Counted from the first letter of the stretch, positions 37,621 through 47,115 are shown. The stretch: DNA of 64,000 bases from Trueperaceae bacterium (GCA_965213925.1 OZ243927.1:3648001-3712000), one strand, 5' to 3'. A program made the numbers and translations. The notes: a model not told the origin generated them from the sequence alone.

Positions 37621-38841
37621 TCAGGTCCTAAAAATCACCCCTTCACGCTTGAAACTCCTGAAGGCAAAGTCCAGCAAGAGGGCGGTGTAGGCGAGCGTCG
37701 AACCGTACGTCAGGAGCAGCGGCAAGGCTTCGGCGCTCCCTTTCACGAGGTCGTTCATCACGATGAGCGTGTTGAGTACCGGGATGAGGTAGAGAACGGG
37801 ATTCGAGCCGAAGAAGTCCGCGAACTGCAAGCCGACCGCAGGCAAAATGAGCACGAACGAGAGCGGCGCGACGTAGCTCTGCGCCTCCTTGAACGAGCGG
37901 GCGAACATGGCGATGCTAATTAAGAGCGCGGCGATGAGCCCGGCGAGCAACAGGGCGCTGACGATGAGCATCACAACGCCGAACGCGCTCACGTCGAGCG
38001 CCCCGCCCATCACGCTCACGATGTCTTGCGCCTCCTCGCCCTGGAGCTTAAAGACCTGACGGAGCACCGTGCCGCCCAGCACGTATCCTAAAATCGCCAT
38101 GAGCGCGGCGGAGAGCCCGAAGGTCATGGTGGCCAAGAACTTGCCCACCACCACCTCGGCGCGGCGCACCGGGGCGACTAGGAGCGACTCCAACGTCCCC
38201 CGCTCTTTCTCTCCGGCGGTCGCGTCAATCGCAGTCATCTGCCCGCCCGCGAGCGTCCAGACCGCGATGAAGAAGGGGATGAGCCAGGCGAGTTGCCCGC
38301 TCGAGCGCTCCGAACGCTGCCGCGCATCCTGGTTGTCGATGGAAATAGGCACTAACACGCTCGGCTCCAAGCCCGCGCTGCGCAACCTCTCGGCGACGAG
38401 TTCTTGCTGGTATGTACCGATAGCGTCCTCTAACTTGCCCGCGCTCAGTTCGCTGCGCAAGTTGCCCGTCTTGCTGTACACGGTGAGTTCGCCTCGACCC
38501 TCTCTCAGGCTGCTTTCAAACCCTTCCGGCACCCCTAAAGAGACGGCGTAACGGTCCTCTCTCACGGCGGCTTCGGGGTCGTCAACGGGCGTCAAGACGA
38601 TGCTCTGCGCTTCTATTTCGCTGCGCAAATCGCCGGGTAAATTGCCCAAGCCTTGCACCGCCACCTCGGTCAGGGTGGTCTGTTCGCGCTCGAAAAGCCC
38701 GCCGATCAAGAGGGGCAGACCGAGCATCACGAGCGGCAAGACGAGCAGGGGGATGAGAAGGCTCGAGACGATCGCGCGCCTGTCCCTGAGCGTCGAGAGA
38801 ATTTCCTTGCCTGCAATGCTTAAAATGATGGCGAGCCTCAC
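37621..38841 (-). CDS. ABC-2 type permease, NatB-like
   Basis: KEILSTLRDRR, AIDATAGEKERGTLESLL and ARSFKEAQSY motifs. Confidence 0.9.
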   Translation of the reverse strand: MRLAIILSIAGKEILSTLRDRRAIVSSLLIPLLVLPLVMLGLPLLIGGLFEREQTTLTEVAVQGLGNLPGDLRSEIEAQSIVLTPVDDPEAAVREDRYAVSLGVPEGFESSLREGRGELTVYSKTGNLRSELSAGKLEDAIGTYQQELVAERLRSAGLEPSVLVPISIDNQDARQRSERSSGQLAWLIPFFIAVWTLAGGQMTAIDATAGEKERGTLESLLVAPVRRAEVVVGKFLATMTFGLSAALMAILGYVLGGTVLRQVFKLQGEEAQDIVSVMGGALDVSAFGVVMLIVSALLLAGLIAALLISIAMFARSFKEAQSYVAPLSFVLILPAVGLQFADFFGSNPVLYLIPVLNTLIVMNDLVKGSAEALPLLLTYGSTLAYTALLLDFAFRSFKREGVIFRT

Positions 38842-39617
38842 GCGCTCACCTCTTTTTTTGGTCCATGTTCTTCTTTCGGTCTATGGTCTTCTGGTCCTTG
38901 CGAACGTTCGACGAGGGTGAAAAACGCCTCCTCGAGGGTCTTCGTTTCCGCCTCCGCGACGAGTTCGCCTACGCTGCCCTTCGCGATCAGCTTGCCGCCG
39001 TAGATGATCGCCACGCGGTCGCACAGCTCCTCGACCTCGCTCATCACGTGCGTCGAATAGACCACCGCCCTGTCTTCGCTCGGGTAGCGCTTTACGAAGT
39101 TCAGCACCGTGCGCCGCGCCATCACGTCCAGCCCGGAGGTCGCCTCGTCGAAGAAGATGATGGGCGGGTCGTGCAAGACCGCCCGCGCGATCACGATCTT
39201 CTGCTTCATCCCGGTCGAGAAGTCGCCCGTGCGCCGCGTCAGCGTGGGGCCGAGGTCCAAGAGGTCATCAAGCACCGCCACGCGCGCCTCTATCTGCGCT
39301 CTGCTCAACCCGTACAGCCGCCCGAAGTAGCGCAGCACCTCCAAGCCCGTGAGCCTGTCGTAAAGCCCCATCCCGCCGTTGACCACGCCGATCTCGGCGC
39401 GGACCTTTTCAGCGTCCTGCTTGACGTCGTGAGCGTTGACCGTGGCGCTGCCCGCGTCGGCTTGAAGGAGCGTCGCGAGGATGCGCAGCGTAGTGGTCTT
39501 GCCCGCGCCGTTCGGTCCTAAAAGCCCGAAGACCTCGCCTGCAGGGACCGAAAAGCTCAGGTCGTCCACCGCTTTGACCTCGCCAAAGGATTTGCATAGG
39601 TTCGAAACGTGAATCAT
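38838..39617 (-). CDS. ABC ATP-binding protein, NatA-like
   Basis: GPNGAGKTT, FSTGMKQK and FFDEATSGLD motifs; start MIHVSNL at 39617. Confidence 0.92.
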   Translation of the reverse strand: MIHVSNLCKSFGEVKAVDDLSFSVPAGEVFGLLGPNGAGKTTTLRILATLLQADAGSATVNAHDVKQDAEKVRAEIGVVNGGMGLYDRLTGLEVLRYFGRLYGLSRAQIEARVAVLDDLLDLGPTLTRRTGDFSTGMKQKIVIARAVLHDPPIIFFDEATSGLDVMARRTVLNFVKRYPSEDRAVVYSTHVMSEVEELCDRVAIIYGGKLIAKGSVGELVAEAETKTLEEAFFTLVERSQGPEDHRPKEEHGPKKEVSA

Positions 39618-39750
39618 AGGGCTATTGTAGAGGTCTCGAGGTGAGAGGGAAGCGAGAAGCGTCTCAGAGGGGGAAGCGCGCCGGCATATCAACCCATCAG
39701 GAAAACCTCCGCACCTGACGTGCTGACGGGCTGACGTGCTGCTTATTCCT

Positions 39751-39865
39751 TAGCAGTTCCAAAACATACTGAGACAGATTACCGCAGATTTCACAGCTTT
39801 GCTGTAACGGAACTTCATCTCTGAAAGTGCGTACTAGACGGTAACTCGTAGAGTGAGAGTGTTGC
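39751..39865 (-). repeat. Dispersed repeat family B copy (inverted)
   Basis: The reverse complement contains GAGATGAAGTTCCGTTACAGCAAAGCTGTGAAA and TCTGTCTCAGTATGTTTTGGAA, both identical to stretches within 57617-57681. Confidence 0.85.
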
Positions 39866-39924
39866 TTCGCACAACTTCGTTCACTCTGACCAGATGATAC
39901 CTGCTACCTGTTATCATCACCCCT

Positions 39925-40713
39925 ATGGCAGACCGCGACATCGCCGCTCTGGAGAGCTATCAACTCATCCCCAAACTCCTGCACGACGTTCAGCTCGTGG
40001 ACGCTTCGTGTCGGCTTCTAGGCGCGACGTACGATACGCCCATCGTGCCGCTTTTGGAGCGCGCTTTGGGACGCCCGCCCGCGAACATCGGCACGCTCAG
40101 TTTGGTCGACGCCGAACTGCTTTTAGAGCAGCCCGAGACCTTTCACTTCAATCTGAGTCTCCCGCTCTTGAAGCCTGAAAAGATGGGCTACCTCATGCCC
40201 AAAGTGCGCAAGCTCGCCGCGGCGGGCGTGCCCGCGTTCGCGCTCGACCTCTCGGTGTTAGCCGACACGCCCCCCTACGGCTCACACGAGTGGCGGCCGC
40301 GCACCCGCGAAGACCTAGCCGAACTCCGCGCGGCGGCGGGCGTCCCGCTCTGGCTCTACGGCGTGTGCAGCGTGGCAGACGCCGACATCGCGACCGAGGC
40401 GGGTTTAGAGGGCATCGTGATCACCTCGAGCGCCGGGCACTTCCTTAACGGTCCGGCCGCCGCCGAGGTGTTCCCCGACATCTTCGACGCGGTGGCGGGC
40501 ACTATCTCGGTCTACGTGGGCGGTCCGGTGCGTAGCGGTATCGACGTGTTCCGCTATCTCGCCATCGGCGCAGAAGCCGTCGTCGTGGACAGCGACAGGT
40601 CGCTGGAGAACCTGCGGGCGGAACTCGAGTATGCCATGCGCTTGACCGGCTGCCAGACGCTCGCCGACATCGGCTACGAAGCGGTCTTCGCGCCGCTCTT
40701 TGGAGAGGTGTGA
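39925..40713 (+). CDS. Degenerate FMN-dependent alpha-hydroxy-acid oxidase-like protein
   Basis: YQLIPKLLHDV...LLG, EDLAELR....VPL, VRSGIDVFRYLAIGAEAV and EL..AM.LTGC..LADI motifs; the catalytic SNHGGR is absent. Confidence 0.75.
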   Translation: MADRDIAALESYQLIPKLLHDVQLVDASCRLLGATYDTPIVPLLERALGRPPANIGTLSLVDAELLLEQPETFHFNLSLPLLKPEKMGYLMPKVRKLAAAGVPAFALDLSVLADTPPYGSHEWRPRTREDLAELRAAAGVPLWLYGVCSVADADIATEAGLEGIVITSSAGHFLNGPAAAEVFPDIFDAVAGTISVYVGGPVRSGIDVFRYLAIGAEAVVVDSDRSLENLRAELEYAMRLTGCQTLADIGYEAVFAPLFGEV

Positions 40714-41306
40714 TGATCGCCTACCTAGATGGCGTCGTCGCCGAAATCAAAGGCGGCAGCGTCGTGATCCAGTCGGGCGCGTTCGGCCTGGAGGTCTTCG
40801 CGCCCAAGCCCACGCTCATCGTTTGTAAGGTCGGTGTGGCGCTGCGGCTCCACACCTACTTGCTCGTGAAAGAGGATTTGCTCGCGCTCTACGGCTTCCA
40901 CAACAAGGACATGCACACGCTCTTTACCTACCTCATCGGCGTGTCGGGCGTCGGCCCTAAACTCGCATTGGCGATGCTCTCGTCCATGCAAACGACGATT
41001 TTAGCGAGCGCCATTCTGAGCGGCGACGCGGGGCTGCTGTCGTCCGCCCCCGGCGTCGGCAAGCGGATGGCGGAGCGCATCATCTTAGACCTTAAAAACA
41101 AGTTGCCCGAAGAACTCATGGCGTCGTCGGGCGGGGCGCGCCCCACGGTGCTCACCTCGCAGGCGGGCGAAGACGCGGTGGAGGCCTTGCTCGCGCTCGG
41201 TTACCGCGAGTCGCAGGTCAAGGGCGTGGTGGCGGAGCTTGCGCTACAAGACCCCGATTCGGGCGCGGAAACGCTGATTCGCAAGGCGCTCTCGAAGCTG
41301 AGATAG
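40713..41306 (+). CDS. ruvA: Holliday junction branch migration protein
   Basis: MIAYLDG, EDLLALYGF, VSGVGPKLA, PGVGKRMAERI and EALLALGY motifs. Confidence 0.96.
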   Translation: MIAYLDGVVAEIKGGSVVIQSGAFGLEVFAPKPTLIVCKVGVALRLHTYLLVKEDLLALYGFHNKDMHTLFTYLIGVSGVGPKLALAMLSSMQTTILASAILSGDAGLLSSAPGVGKRMAERIILDLKNKLPEELMASSGGARPTVLTSQAGEDAVEALLALGYRESQVKGVVAELALQDPDSGAETLIRKALSKLR

Positions 41307-41458
41307 AAGGTAAGGTGTGACGTAAGACATATCAATATCGGTACAATTTGGCACAAATCGGCGGCGCTTAGCGGGGTGGTAGAGGATACGCCTGATGAGG
41401 TACGGTGGAAATCGGAGGAGCGCAAAGAGGCCGTGAAAGGATGGTTTGACCTCGAGCT

Positions 41459-42013
41459 ATGATTCAACGGTTCTTCACGGTAGAAGACTTTAGTGGAGAG
41501 ACACCTCAAGACATCATCGAACATCTCAGGATTAAAGTCTACAGTCCTGAGATGTTCGGGCGATATGAGCAAGAGGTGTTTCAGACGTTTCCAGAGCCAC
41601 TACAAACCATTCTACTCATCATTGACTTTGATACAGAAGTCGCGATGAACGGTATTCTCGGCTTTCTCGAGAACTCAACAGGTCTCTATTTGGATGAAAC
41701 CATCGAAGCATTTGCAAGAATTGGCGCTCTACAAACGTCTACGATTTTAGCGGAGGTAAAAACGATACTGAAAAATCATCAGACCTCCGCTCAAAACTTA
41801 CGAGATGAAGTCAATCAGATGCCGCTATACTCGATTACGAGTTTTCTCGAAATGCATGGAGAACACAGTAAAGGAATGACGGACGAGATTGGAAAGGTTA
41901 CAGCGAATCTATACGTAGATAGCAACTCCGCATCAGCCGAACCTGTTTACCTTGTGTTCCAAGAGTACGTTGCCAGATGGCGACTTTTCTTAATTCATCA
42001 AGTTAGCAACTAG
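41459..42013 (+). CDS. DUF4375/DMP19-like acidic helical protein
   Basis: DFDTEVAMNGILGFLENSTG..L.ETIEAFARIGA pattern; AT-richer than the host genes. Confidence 0.65.
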   Translation: MIQRFFTVEDFSGETPQDIIEHLRIKVYSPEMFGRYEQEVFQTFPEPLQTILLIIDFDTEVAMNGILGFLENSTGLYLDETIEAFARIGALQTSTILAEVKTILKNHQTSAQNLRDEVNQMPLYSITSFLEMHGEHSKGMTDEIGKVTANLYVDSNSASAEPVYLVFQEYVARWRLFLIHQVSN

Positions 42014-42046
42014 TGAATCAAAGTCAGGGTCTAGGTCAATTCAGCC

Positions 42047-42856
42047 TCAACCAAATGCTGTCAAGACCGCCCCACCATCCACCCGGTAGTTCGACCCGTC
42101 CACATACGCCGCAAGGTCCGAGCACAAAAACGCCACCACGTTCGCGACCTCTTGCGGTCTGCCCCGCCGACCCAAGTTGATACCGGGGCGCTTTTCGTCT
42201 AAAAAAGTCTCGACGGCTTCCTCTACGTCCGTATCCATTTTCTCCGCCCGCTGCTCCATCATCGCGTCGGTCATAGGCGTCTTGACGTAGGCGGGCGAAA
42301 CCACATTGACGTGAACGCCGTCGGGTCCATACGCTTTGGACAACCCTTTCGTTAGGTTGATGACGCCCGCTTTGGCGGCGTTGTAGGGCGTCTCTTCGAC
42401 GTAAGGCTGAATGGCGTTCTCCGAAGCGGTCAGAACGATGCGCCCGTAGCCGCGCTCACGCATTCCCGGAATAAAGGCGCGGCAGACGCGCACGGCGCTC
42501 ATGAGGTCCACGTTGAGGGTTTCCATCCAGCCTTCGTCAGTTAGCTCGAGAAAGTCCCCCGCCGCCCCTCGCGTCCCCGCTAAATGCGCGAGAACTGACG
42601 CGCCGCCCTGCTCATCGGCGGCTCGGAGGAGCTTCTTCACGTCGTCCGGGTTCGTGAGGTCAGCGGCGACGTAAGAAACCTCTGCGCCCTGCACCTCTTC
42701 TTTGACTTTGTCCGCGGCATCTTTAAGCTCGTCCTCTTTGATATCGCTGATGAGCACTTTCGCGCCCTCCGCCGCCAAGGTGATAGCCGTGCGCAAACCG
42801 ATACCCGAATCCGCGCCTGTGACTACAGCGAGTCGTCCGTTAAGTGCTAAATCCAT
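42047..42856 (-). CDS. SDR family oxidoreductase
   Basis: VTGADSGIG, YNAAK, VNVVSPAYVKT and YRVDGG motifs; start MDLALNG. Confidence 0.92.
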   Translation of the reverse strand: MDLALNGRLAVVTGADSGIGLRTAITLAAEGAKVLISDIKEDELKDAADKVKEEVQGAEVSYVAADLTNPDDVKKLLRAADEQGGASVLAHLAGTRGAAGDFLELTDEGWMETLNVDLMSAVRVCRAFIPGMRERGYGRIVLTASENAIQPYVEETPYNAAKAGVINLTKGLSKAYGPDGVHVNVVSPAYVKTPMTDAMMEQRAEKMDTDVEEAVETFLDEKRPGINLGRRGRPQEVANVVAFLCSDLAAYVDGSNYRVDGGAVLTAFG

Positions 42857-43029
42857 AATAAAAACTACCTGAGAACGCCGTACTTGACTCGGTGCTACGT
42901 CATAATTTGGTGAAAGAAATAACAAAAAGTGCTGCCCTCGTTTTTTGCTAAGCTCAATGCGTGTTTCAAGGGGCTAGAAGAACCTCAAGGAGCGAAGGTA
43001 GAAGGGCTTTGCCCCGAGGATATCCTTAC

Positions 43030-43345
43030 CTTCAGTGATCCGAATTGTGCCTTTCTCAAAGCCTAGCCCGCCCCGTTTTTGCTTCAGACGGGGAGAGGCG
43101 GCAATTTTTAGGGCGGTTCCGTCATCGCGGATAATGATACGAGGTTGCACGACATAGTTTGCAAACTATGTCGTGCCCATCTATGATGGGACATAAACTC
43201 GGCGCTCCGCTGAAAAGCTCTGACGCTCTCGGTAAAGATAAGTAAACCGTGCAATTCCGTATGACCACGCTTTGACCTTGCGCAACCTTATCCAAAAGCC
43301 CCTCGAGCCGAGTTTTTGCCTCTTTCACAGTTGTTGTCGTAGGTA
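43030..43345 (-). pseudogene. Disrupted Phd/YefM-type antitoxin remnant
   Basis: TTTVKEAKTRLEGLLDKVAQGQSVVI N-terminus. Fragments IIRDDGTALKI and KRGGLGFEKGTIRI follow in other frames after unrelated sequence. No ATG and no toxin gene seen. Confidence 0.55.
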
Positions 43346-43585
43346 TTAGTTTACACGTTCAAATCCAACTTACAGCTCGTGACCACCTTTTTTCTCTTCT
43401 GTCACCCTCTTTGCTCACCCCAAACCTCGTCTGTCGACCTGAGCGCAGCCTTGCAACGTCGAAGGGTTTTGCCTGGCACACTCTACCAAAAACGAATGCG
43501 GAGATTCTTCGTTTTGTTCAATCACCGAGCTATGAGCACCCCCAGAGCGAATCGCTGCGAAAGGACTATAGACGAGTCTGGGAAT

Positions 43586-44524
43586 CTAGGGGTTAGGCCG
43601 CACGTCGTAGATGAGGCGAAAGGTGTAGTCACCTGGCTGTTCCGATCCGTCGACCGAGAGCGAGAAGTCGCTCGGCGAGAGGAGCGGCTCGAAGCCGTAG
43701 GTCGGCGACGCGGTGCTGAAACGCCGCCCCTCGGCGCTCTGCCCGGCGAGGTAGAGGCGGTCAGTAAGTGACGCGCTAGCGGGATTAGGCAAGACGTCAT
43801 CTTGTACAACGCTGACGGTGACGGTGTAACCCTGTGGGTTGTTGGTGAAGACCTCGAGCGTGCGGATGTCGCTGCTCGTCGCGCTTAACGGCGTGAGCGT
43901 TTCGGTCGCCCGTAGATACGTCATGACCCCCTTGCCGCTGTAGTCGAACTCGAGCGTCGCGGTCTGCGCGGTGACGAGCGAGCGCTCGACGCGCAGCGAG
44001 GTCGCTGTGGGCACGACCACGCGAACATCGTGGCGCACGGACGAGTTGCCCGCGCGGTACGTCAGCGAGGTCGTGTAACTGCCCGCGACCTCGCCTCCCG
44101 AGAGCTGCGCGCGGTACTCCACGCTTATCTCGGTGCGCTTGTCGCGTCTGGCGATGACCTCTTGCCAAGGCTCGTCCAGCGAGAGCCAAGGCGTAACGTA
44201 CCGGTCGTCCTTTTTCGACGAAAAGGTGAGGCGCGCCTGCAGCTCGGGTGCACCAGCGGGGCGTGAAGACGGCTCGACCCGGAAGGTGTAGCGCTTACTT
44301 TTGTCCACGCGCATACGGATGTTGGGGCTCGAGGGCTCAGGCTCTACGCTGCCGCCGAGCGCCGCCAAGTAGACCTCGCTCGTCGGTGCGAAGGCGACGC
44401 GCCCGGAGGAGCGAAAGCGGAGCCGCTGGGCGTCTGCGGTGCCCAGCAGTCCGAAGAGGCACAAAAGGACTAAGCAGACGCGCCGGGCGCGTCTGCCACA
44501 GTGTCCTCTTGCAGGGGCGATCAT
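43586..44524 (-). CDS. Secreted two-domain pilin-like protein (candidate tip subunit)
   Basis: Signal peptide; two AG/PG-x-Y-T terminal strands separated by an internal HDVRVVVP. Confidence 0.7.
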   Translation of the reverse strand: MIAPARGHCGRRARRVCLVLLCLFGLLGTADAQRLRFRSSGRVAFAPTSEVYLAALGGSVEPEPSSPNIRMRVDKSKRYTFRVEPSSRPAGAPELQARLTFSSKKDDRYVTPWLSLDEPWQEVIARRDKRTEISVEYRAQLSGGEVAGSYTTSLTYRAGNSSVRHDVRVVVPTATSLRVERSLVTAQTATLEFDYSGKGVMTYLRATETLTPLSATSSDIRTLEVFTNNPQGYTVTVSVVQDDVLPNPASASLTDRLYLAGQSAEGRRFSTASPTYGFEPLLSPSDFSLSVDGSEQPGDYTFRLIYDVRPNP

Positions 44525-45312
44525 GGAACAGAGATCGGCAACTCCGCCACGAGCAGTTCGCCCCGGCTGTCCTGGATGAGCGCCAGCGCGACGTAGAAGC
44601 CCGCTTCGACCTCAGGAGGTAGGGGCAGGAGCAGCTCGCGCTCGCTGTCACGCAGTATCGGCACGCTAGGCACCTCTACACTGTGCTTGACCTCGCCCAT
44701 CTCGTCGCGCAGCTCGACGTGTCCGCCTAAACGCATGAGCGTGTTGCCCGTGTTGGCAATAGCCAGCGTCAAGGACGCTTCGTCTTCCTGCCAGAAGTCC
44801 ACGACTTCGGCGCTGTTACGCTCCGTACCCGCAACCGTGATGTAGACCGTCAAGCCGATGCGGGTCGTTGTCACCACGCCGACGCCCATCAGCGCAGACT
44901 CGGGCGGGACCACGCGGAAAAAGACCATGTCGTGATAGGTGCCCCCTTCGGCGTCCGGCGGAACCGTGACGGAAACGCGCAGGTCGCGGCTCGAATTGGG
45001 TTCCAAAAAGAAGTCCGTGCTCTCCAGACTGATCCAGTTCGCGGCGCTATGCTCCGAGCTGTTCGCAGGCAAGAAGGTGACGTTGCCCGCTAAGTCGAGC
45101 GTCCAGTCGTTCACTTCGGACGTGACCTGGAGCCGCTCCGAGCTATTGGTAATGAGCGTAACGGTCTCGGTGATGGTCTGACCGGGGCTGCCCACAAGCG
45201 TGAGGCGCGGCGGCGAAAGTCCGATGTCGGTCGCTTGCGCGACGAAGGTAGAGGCGAAGACGAGACTCAGTAGGAGCGGGGTTAGGACTCGAGAAAAGCG
45301 TAAGGTGTGCAT
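44521..45312 (-). CDS. Fimbrial chaperone-like protein (PapD/EcpB/DUF916-like two-Ig-domain)
   Basis: Signal peptide, IGLSPPRL, SAANWI...LEPNSSRDLRVSVTVP, YHDMVFF, RIGLTVY and NTGNT motifs. Confidence 0.75.
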   Translation of the reverse strand: MHTLRFSRVLTPLLLSLVFASTFVAQATDIGLSPPRLTLVGSPGQTITETVTLITNSSERLQVTSEVNDWTLDLAGNVTFLPANSSEHSAANWISLESTDFFLEPNSSRDLRVSVTVPPDAEGGTYHDMVFFRVVPPESALMGVGVVTTTRIGLTVYITVAGTERNSAEVVDFWQEDEASLTLAIANTGNTLMRLGGHVELRDEMGEVKHSVEVPSVPILRDSERELLLPLPPEVEAGFYVALALIQDSRGELLVAELPISVP

Positions 45313-45316
45313 ACCT

Positions 45317-45973
45317 TTAAGGATAGAAAATTGCATAGGTCACCGTTGTGGAATATTCGCCCGGGTCTTCGTCGCCGTCCACCTTGACGCGGTAGTCCTG
45401 CCCGCTAAAGCCCAGCGTCTGCCAGCCTCTCGTCCCGAATATGCTGAGAGCGACCTCTTGAGGGTCGGTGGAGAGCGCCCACGCACCGCTTATGCGACCC
45501 CACGCTACCGCGCTTTGATTAAGCCCGGAGACCGCGCCGCGCACCACTTGGATGTCCTCCAGGGCAAATCCTGCGCCTTGCGCTGCGCCGCGATACTCGA
45601 GCGGCGACGCTGTGACCTCCACATACCAGAGGGGTAGACCGAAGCCCGTACGGACGGACACCTGCACGTCCGCGAAGTCAGTCACGTTCGAAGCGCCTAT
45701 ATAGCCCGAGCCTTCATAAGCTTCTGTGTAAGCCGCCACGTCCGAGGCGTAGTCGAAATTCACGGCGGGCGAACCCCTCGGGACGTTCGCGTCGTTCACG
45801 ATGCGGATACCGAAGAAGCTCGGTATCCCGACCTTGACGTCGTGCTCAGCAGACTGCGCGGCGGCGCGTGAGAACCCGAGTGCGGCGCAGATGAGCGTAA
45901 GGAAGACCAAAGCTTTGACCAGACCTTGGCGCTCGGTATAGATTTGTCGGCGTTTTATCATCTGAGTCATCAC
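45317..45973 (-). CDS. Secreted pilin-like subunit
   Basis: AAA-QSAEHDVKVGIP...VDGDEDPGEYSTTVTYAI. Confidence 0.75.
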   Translation of the reverse strand: MMTQMIKRRQIYTERQGLVKALVFLTLICAALGFSRAAAQSAEHDVKVGIPSFFGIRIVNDANVPRGSPAVNFDYASDVAAYTEAYEGSGYIGASNVTDFADVQVSVRTGFGLPLWYVEVTASPLEYRGAAQGAGFALEDIQVVRGAVSGLNQSAVAWGRISGAWALSTDPQEVALSIFGTRGWQTLGFSGQDYRVKVDGDEDPGEYSTTVTYAIFYP

Positions 45974-46039
45974 CTAACCTTGTAAATGCGAACCGCGACG
46001 TAAGCGCCTGCACGTGGGTATGCGGCTCGCTACGCGAAA

Positions 46040-46066
46040 GTAGCCGCCGCGATACGCGGCGGCTAC
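46040..46066 (-). terminator. Stem-loop after the candidate major pilin
   Basis: GTAGCCGCCGCG-TAT-CGCGGCGGCTAC followed by TTT on the minus strand. Confidence 0.7.
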
Positions 46067-46082
46067 AGAGCTAAACTCAGGT

Positions 46083-46655
46083 TTAGTTGCTGAAGATGTT
46101 GTAGGTGACTGTGGTGCTGTAGTCGCCCGCGTCCTCGGTGCCGTCGAACGTGACGCGGAAGTTGTCGGGACCGAAGCCGAGGCTTTCCCAACCTCTGGTC
46201 TTAGCGCTGCTCTCAGAGCCGTCGTTGCCGGCGATGAACGGGTCCATCAGATCGAATGAGGCGTTGATATTCGCGCCAGTCGCGCCCTCGATTGTCACTT
46301 GGTCCCAGTCGAAACCTTCGCCGTCGACCGGCTCAGGGCCCGTCTTGTCAGACAGCGTCATCCCGACAAACCAGTTCACGTCGTTCGAGAAGACCTGGAC
46401 GTCATCCCAGTTGTAGCCGCCGTCGGTAGGCGTAGACGCCCCGAAAGATGTACCCGTCTCGAACCGTGTTGCGTCCGTTACGAAGTCGAACAGAACCGCG
46501 TCAGGTGCGCTGACCGGCGCGTTGCCGTCGACGAAGCGGATGCGCAAAACGTTAGGGATTTTGACCTCGACGTCGTGCTTACCCTCTGTCTGAGCGAAAG
46601 AGACACCTGAGCTGAGGACGGCTGCTGCTGCGAGTAAACCTAAAACCTTTTTCAT
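46083..46655 (-). CDS. Secreted pilin-like subunit (candidate major pilin)
   Basis: GGGAGG RBS; MKKVLGLLAAAAVLSSGVSFA-QTEGKHDVEVKIP...FDGTEDAGDYSTTVTYNI. Confidence 0.8.
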   Translation of the reverse strand: MKKVLGLLAAAAVLSSGVSFAQTEGKHDVEVKIPNVLRIRFVDGNAPVSAPDAVLFDFVTDATRFETGTSFGASTPTDGGYNWDDVQVFSNDVNWFVGMTLSDKTGPEPVDGEGFDWDQVTIEGATGANINASFDLMDPFIAGNDGSESSAKTRGWESLGFGPDNFRVTFDGTEDAGDYSTTVTYNIFSN

Positions 46656-46675
46656 GACATTCCTCCCGGAATAAC

Positions 46676-46748
46676 TTCGGCCGGTTGCGCTACTAGCTCC
46701 ATCTTGCCCAAGCGCCCAAATACGGGTCAAGACTTCATCGCGTCCGAA
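46676..46748 (-). ncRNA. c-di-GMP-II riboswitch
   Basis: Minus strand TTCGG-ACGCGATGAA-GTCTTGACCC-GTATTTGGGCGCTT-GGGCAAGAT-GGAGCTAGTAGCGCAACCGG-CCGAA matches the class II consensus, including the GCGCT/AGCGC pseudoknot; about 20 nt upstream of the start codon. Confidence 0.9.
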
Positions 46749-46803
46749 AGGAACCCTCCGCGTGGGTGAATTTGGGGTGGCGGAGGTGCGTTCAACTAAA
46801 ATT

Positions 46804-46835
46804 AGTATACGGATTCGCTCTTACAAAATTCTGAC
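46804..46835 (-). promoter_or_regulatory. Direct-repeat box plus -10 element upstream of the riboswitch and major pilin
   Basis: GTCAGA-ATTTT-GTAAGAG, 8 nt, then TATACT; 17 of 18 bases identical to 21614-21631. Confidence 0.65.
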
Positions 46836-47115
46836 GAGAAAGCGGCTCAGGGACGTTAAAAATCCCACTAAGTTTGCACGAGATAAACTCGCTCAAAACT
46901 GTAAAAACATCACGAAGCTTTGCCGCGCCAAAAGCAACCTAATCTTGAAGATATAGCGTCCTAAATAACCCGCAAGGCTCTACGCGCCTCACTTATATAT
47001 TGTGGGAGGTTCGCCGCAGTTACCGAAGAGGTAGACGAAGAGGTTGTGCGTTGAAAAGAGATTGAGCTTTAAGCTGCTCGAGCTTCTCGCCGAAACTTCA
47101 AGCGGACGTCATAAC

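Noticed and set aside
46656..46730. N-terminal extension of the pilin ORF given in the track
   Set aside because: It overlaps the riboswitch; the true start with RBS and signal peptide is at 46655.
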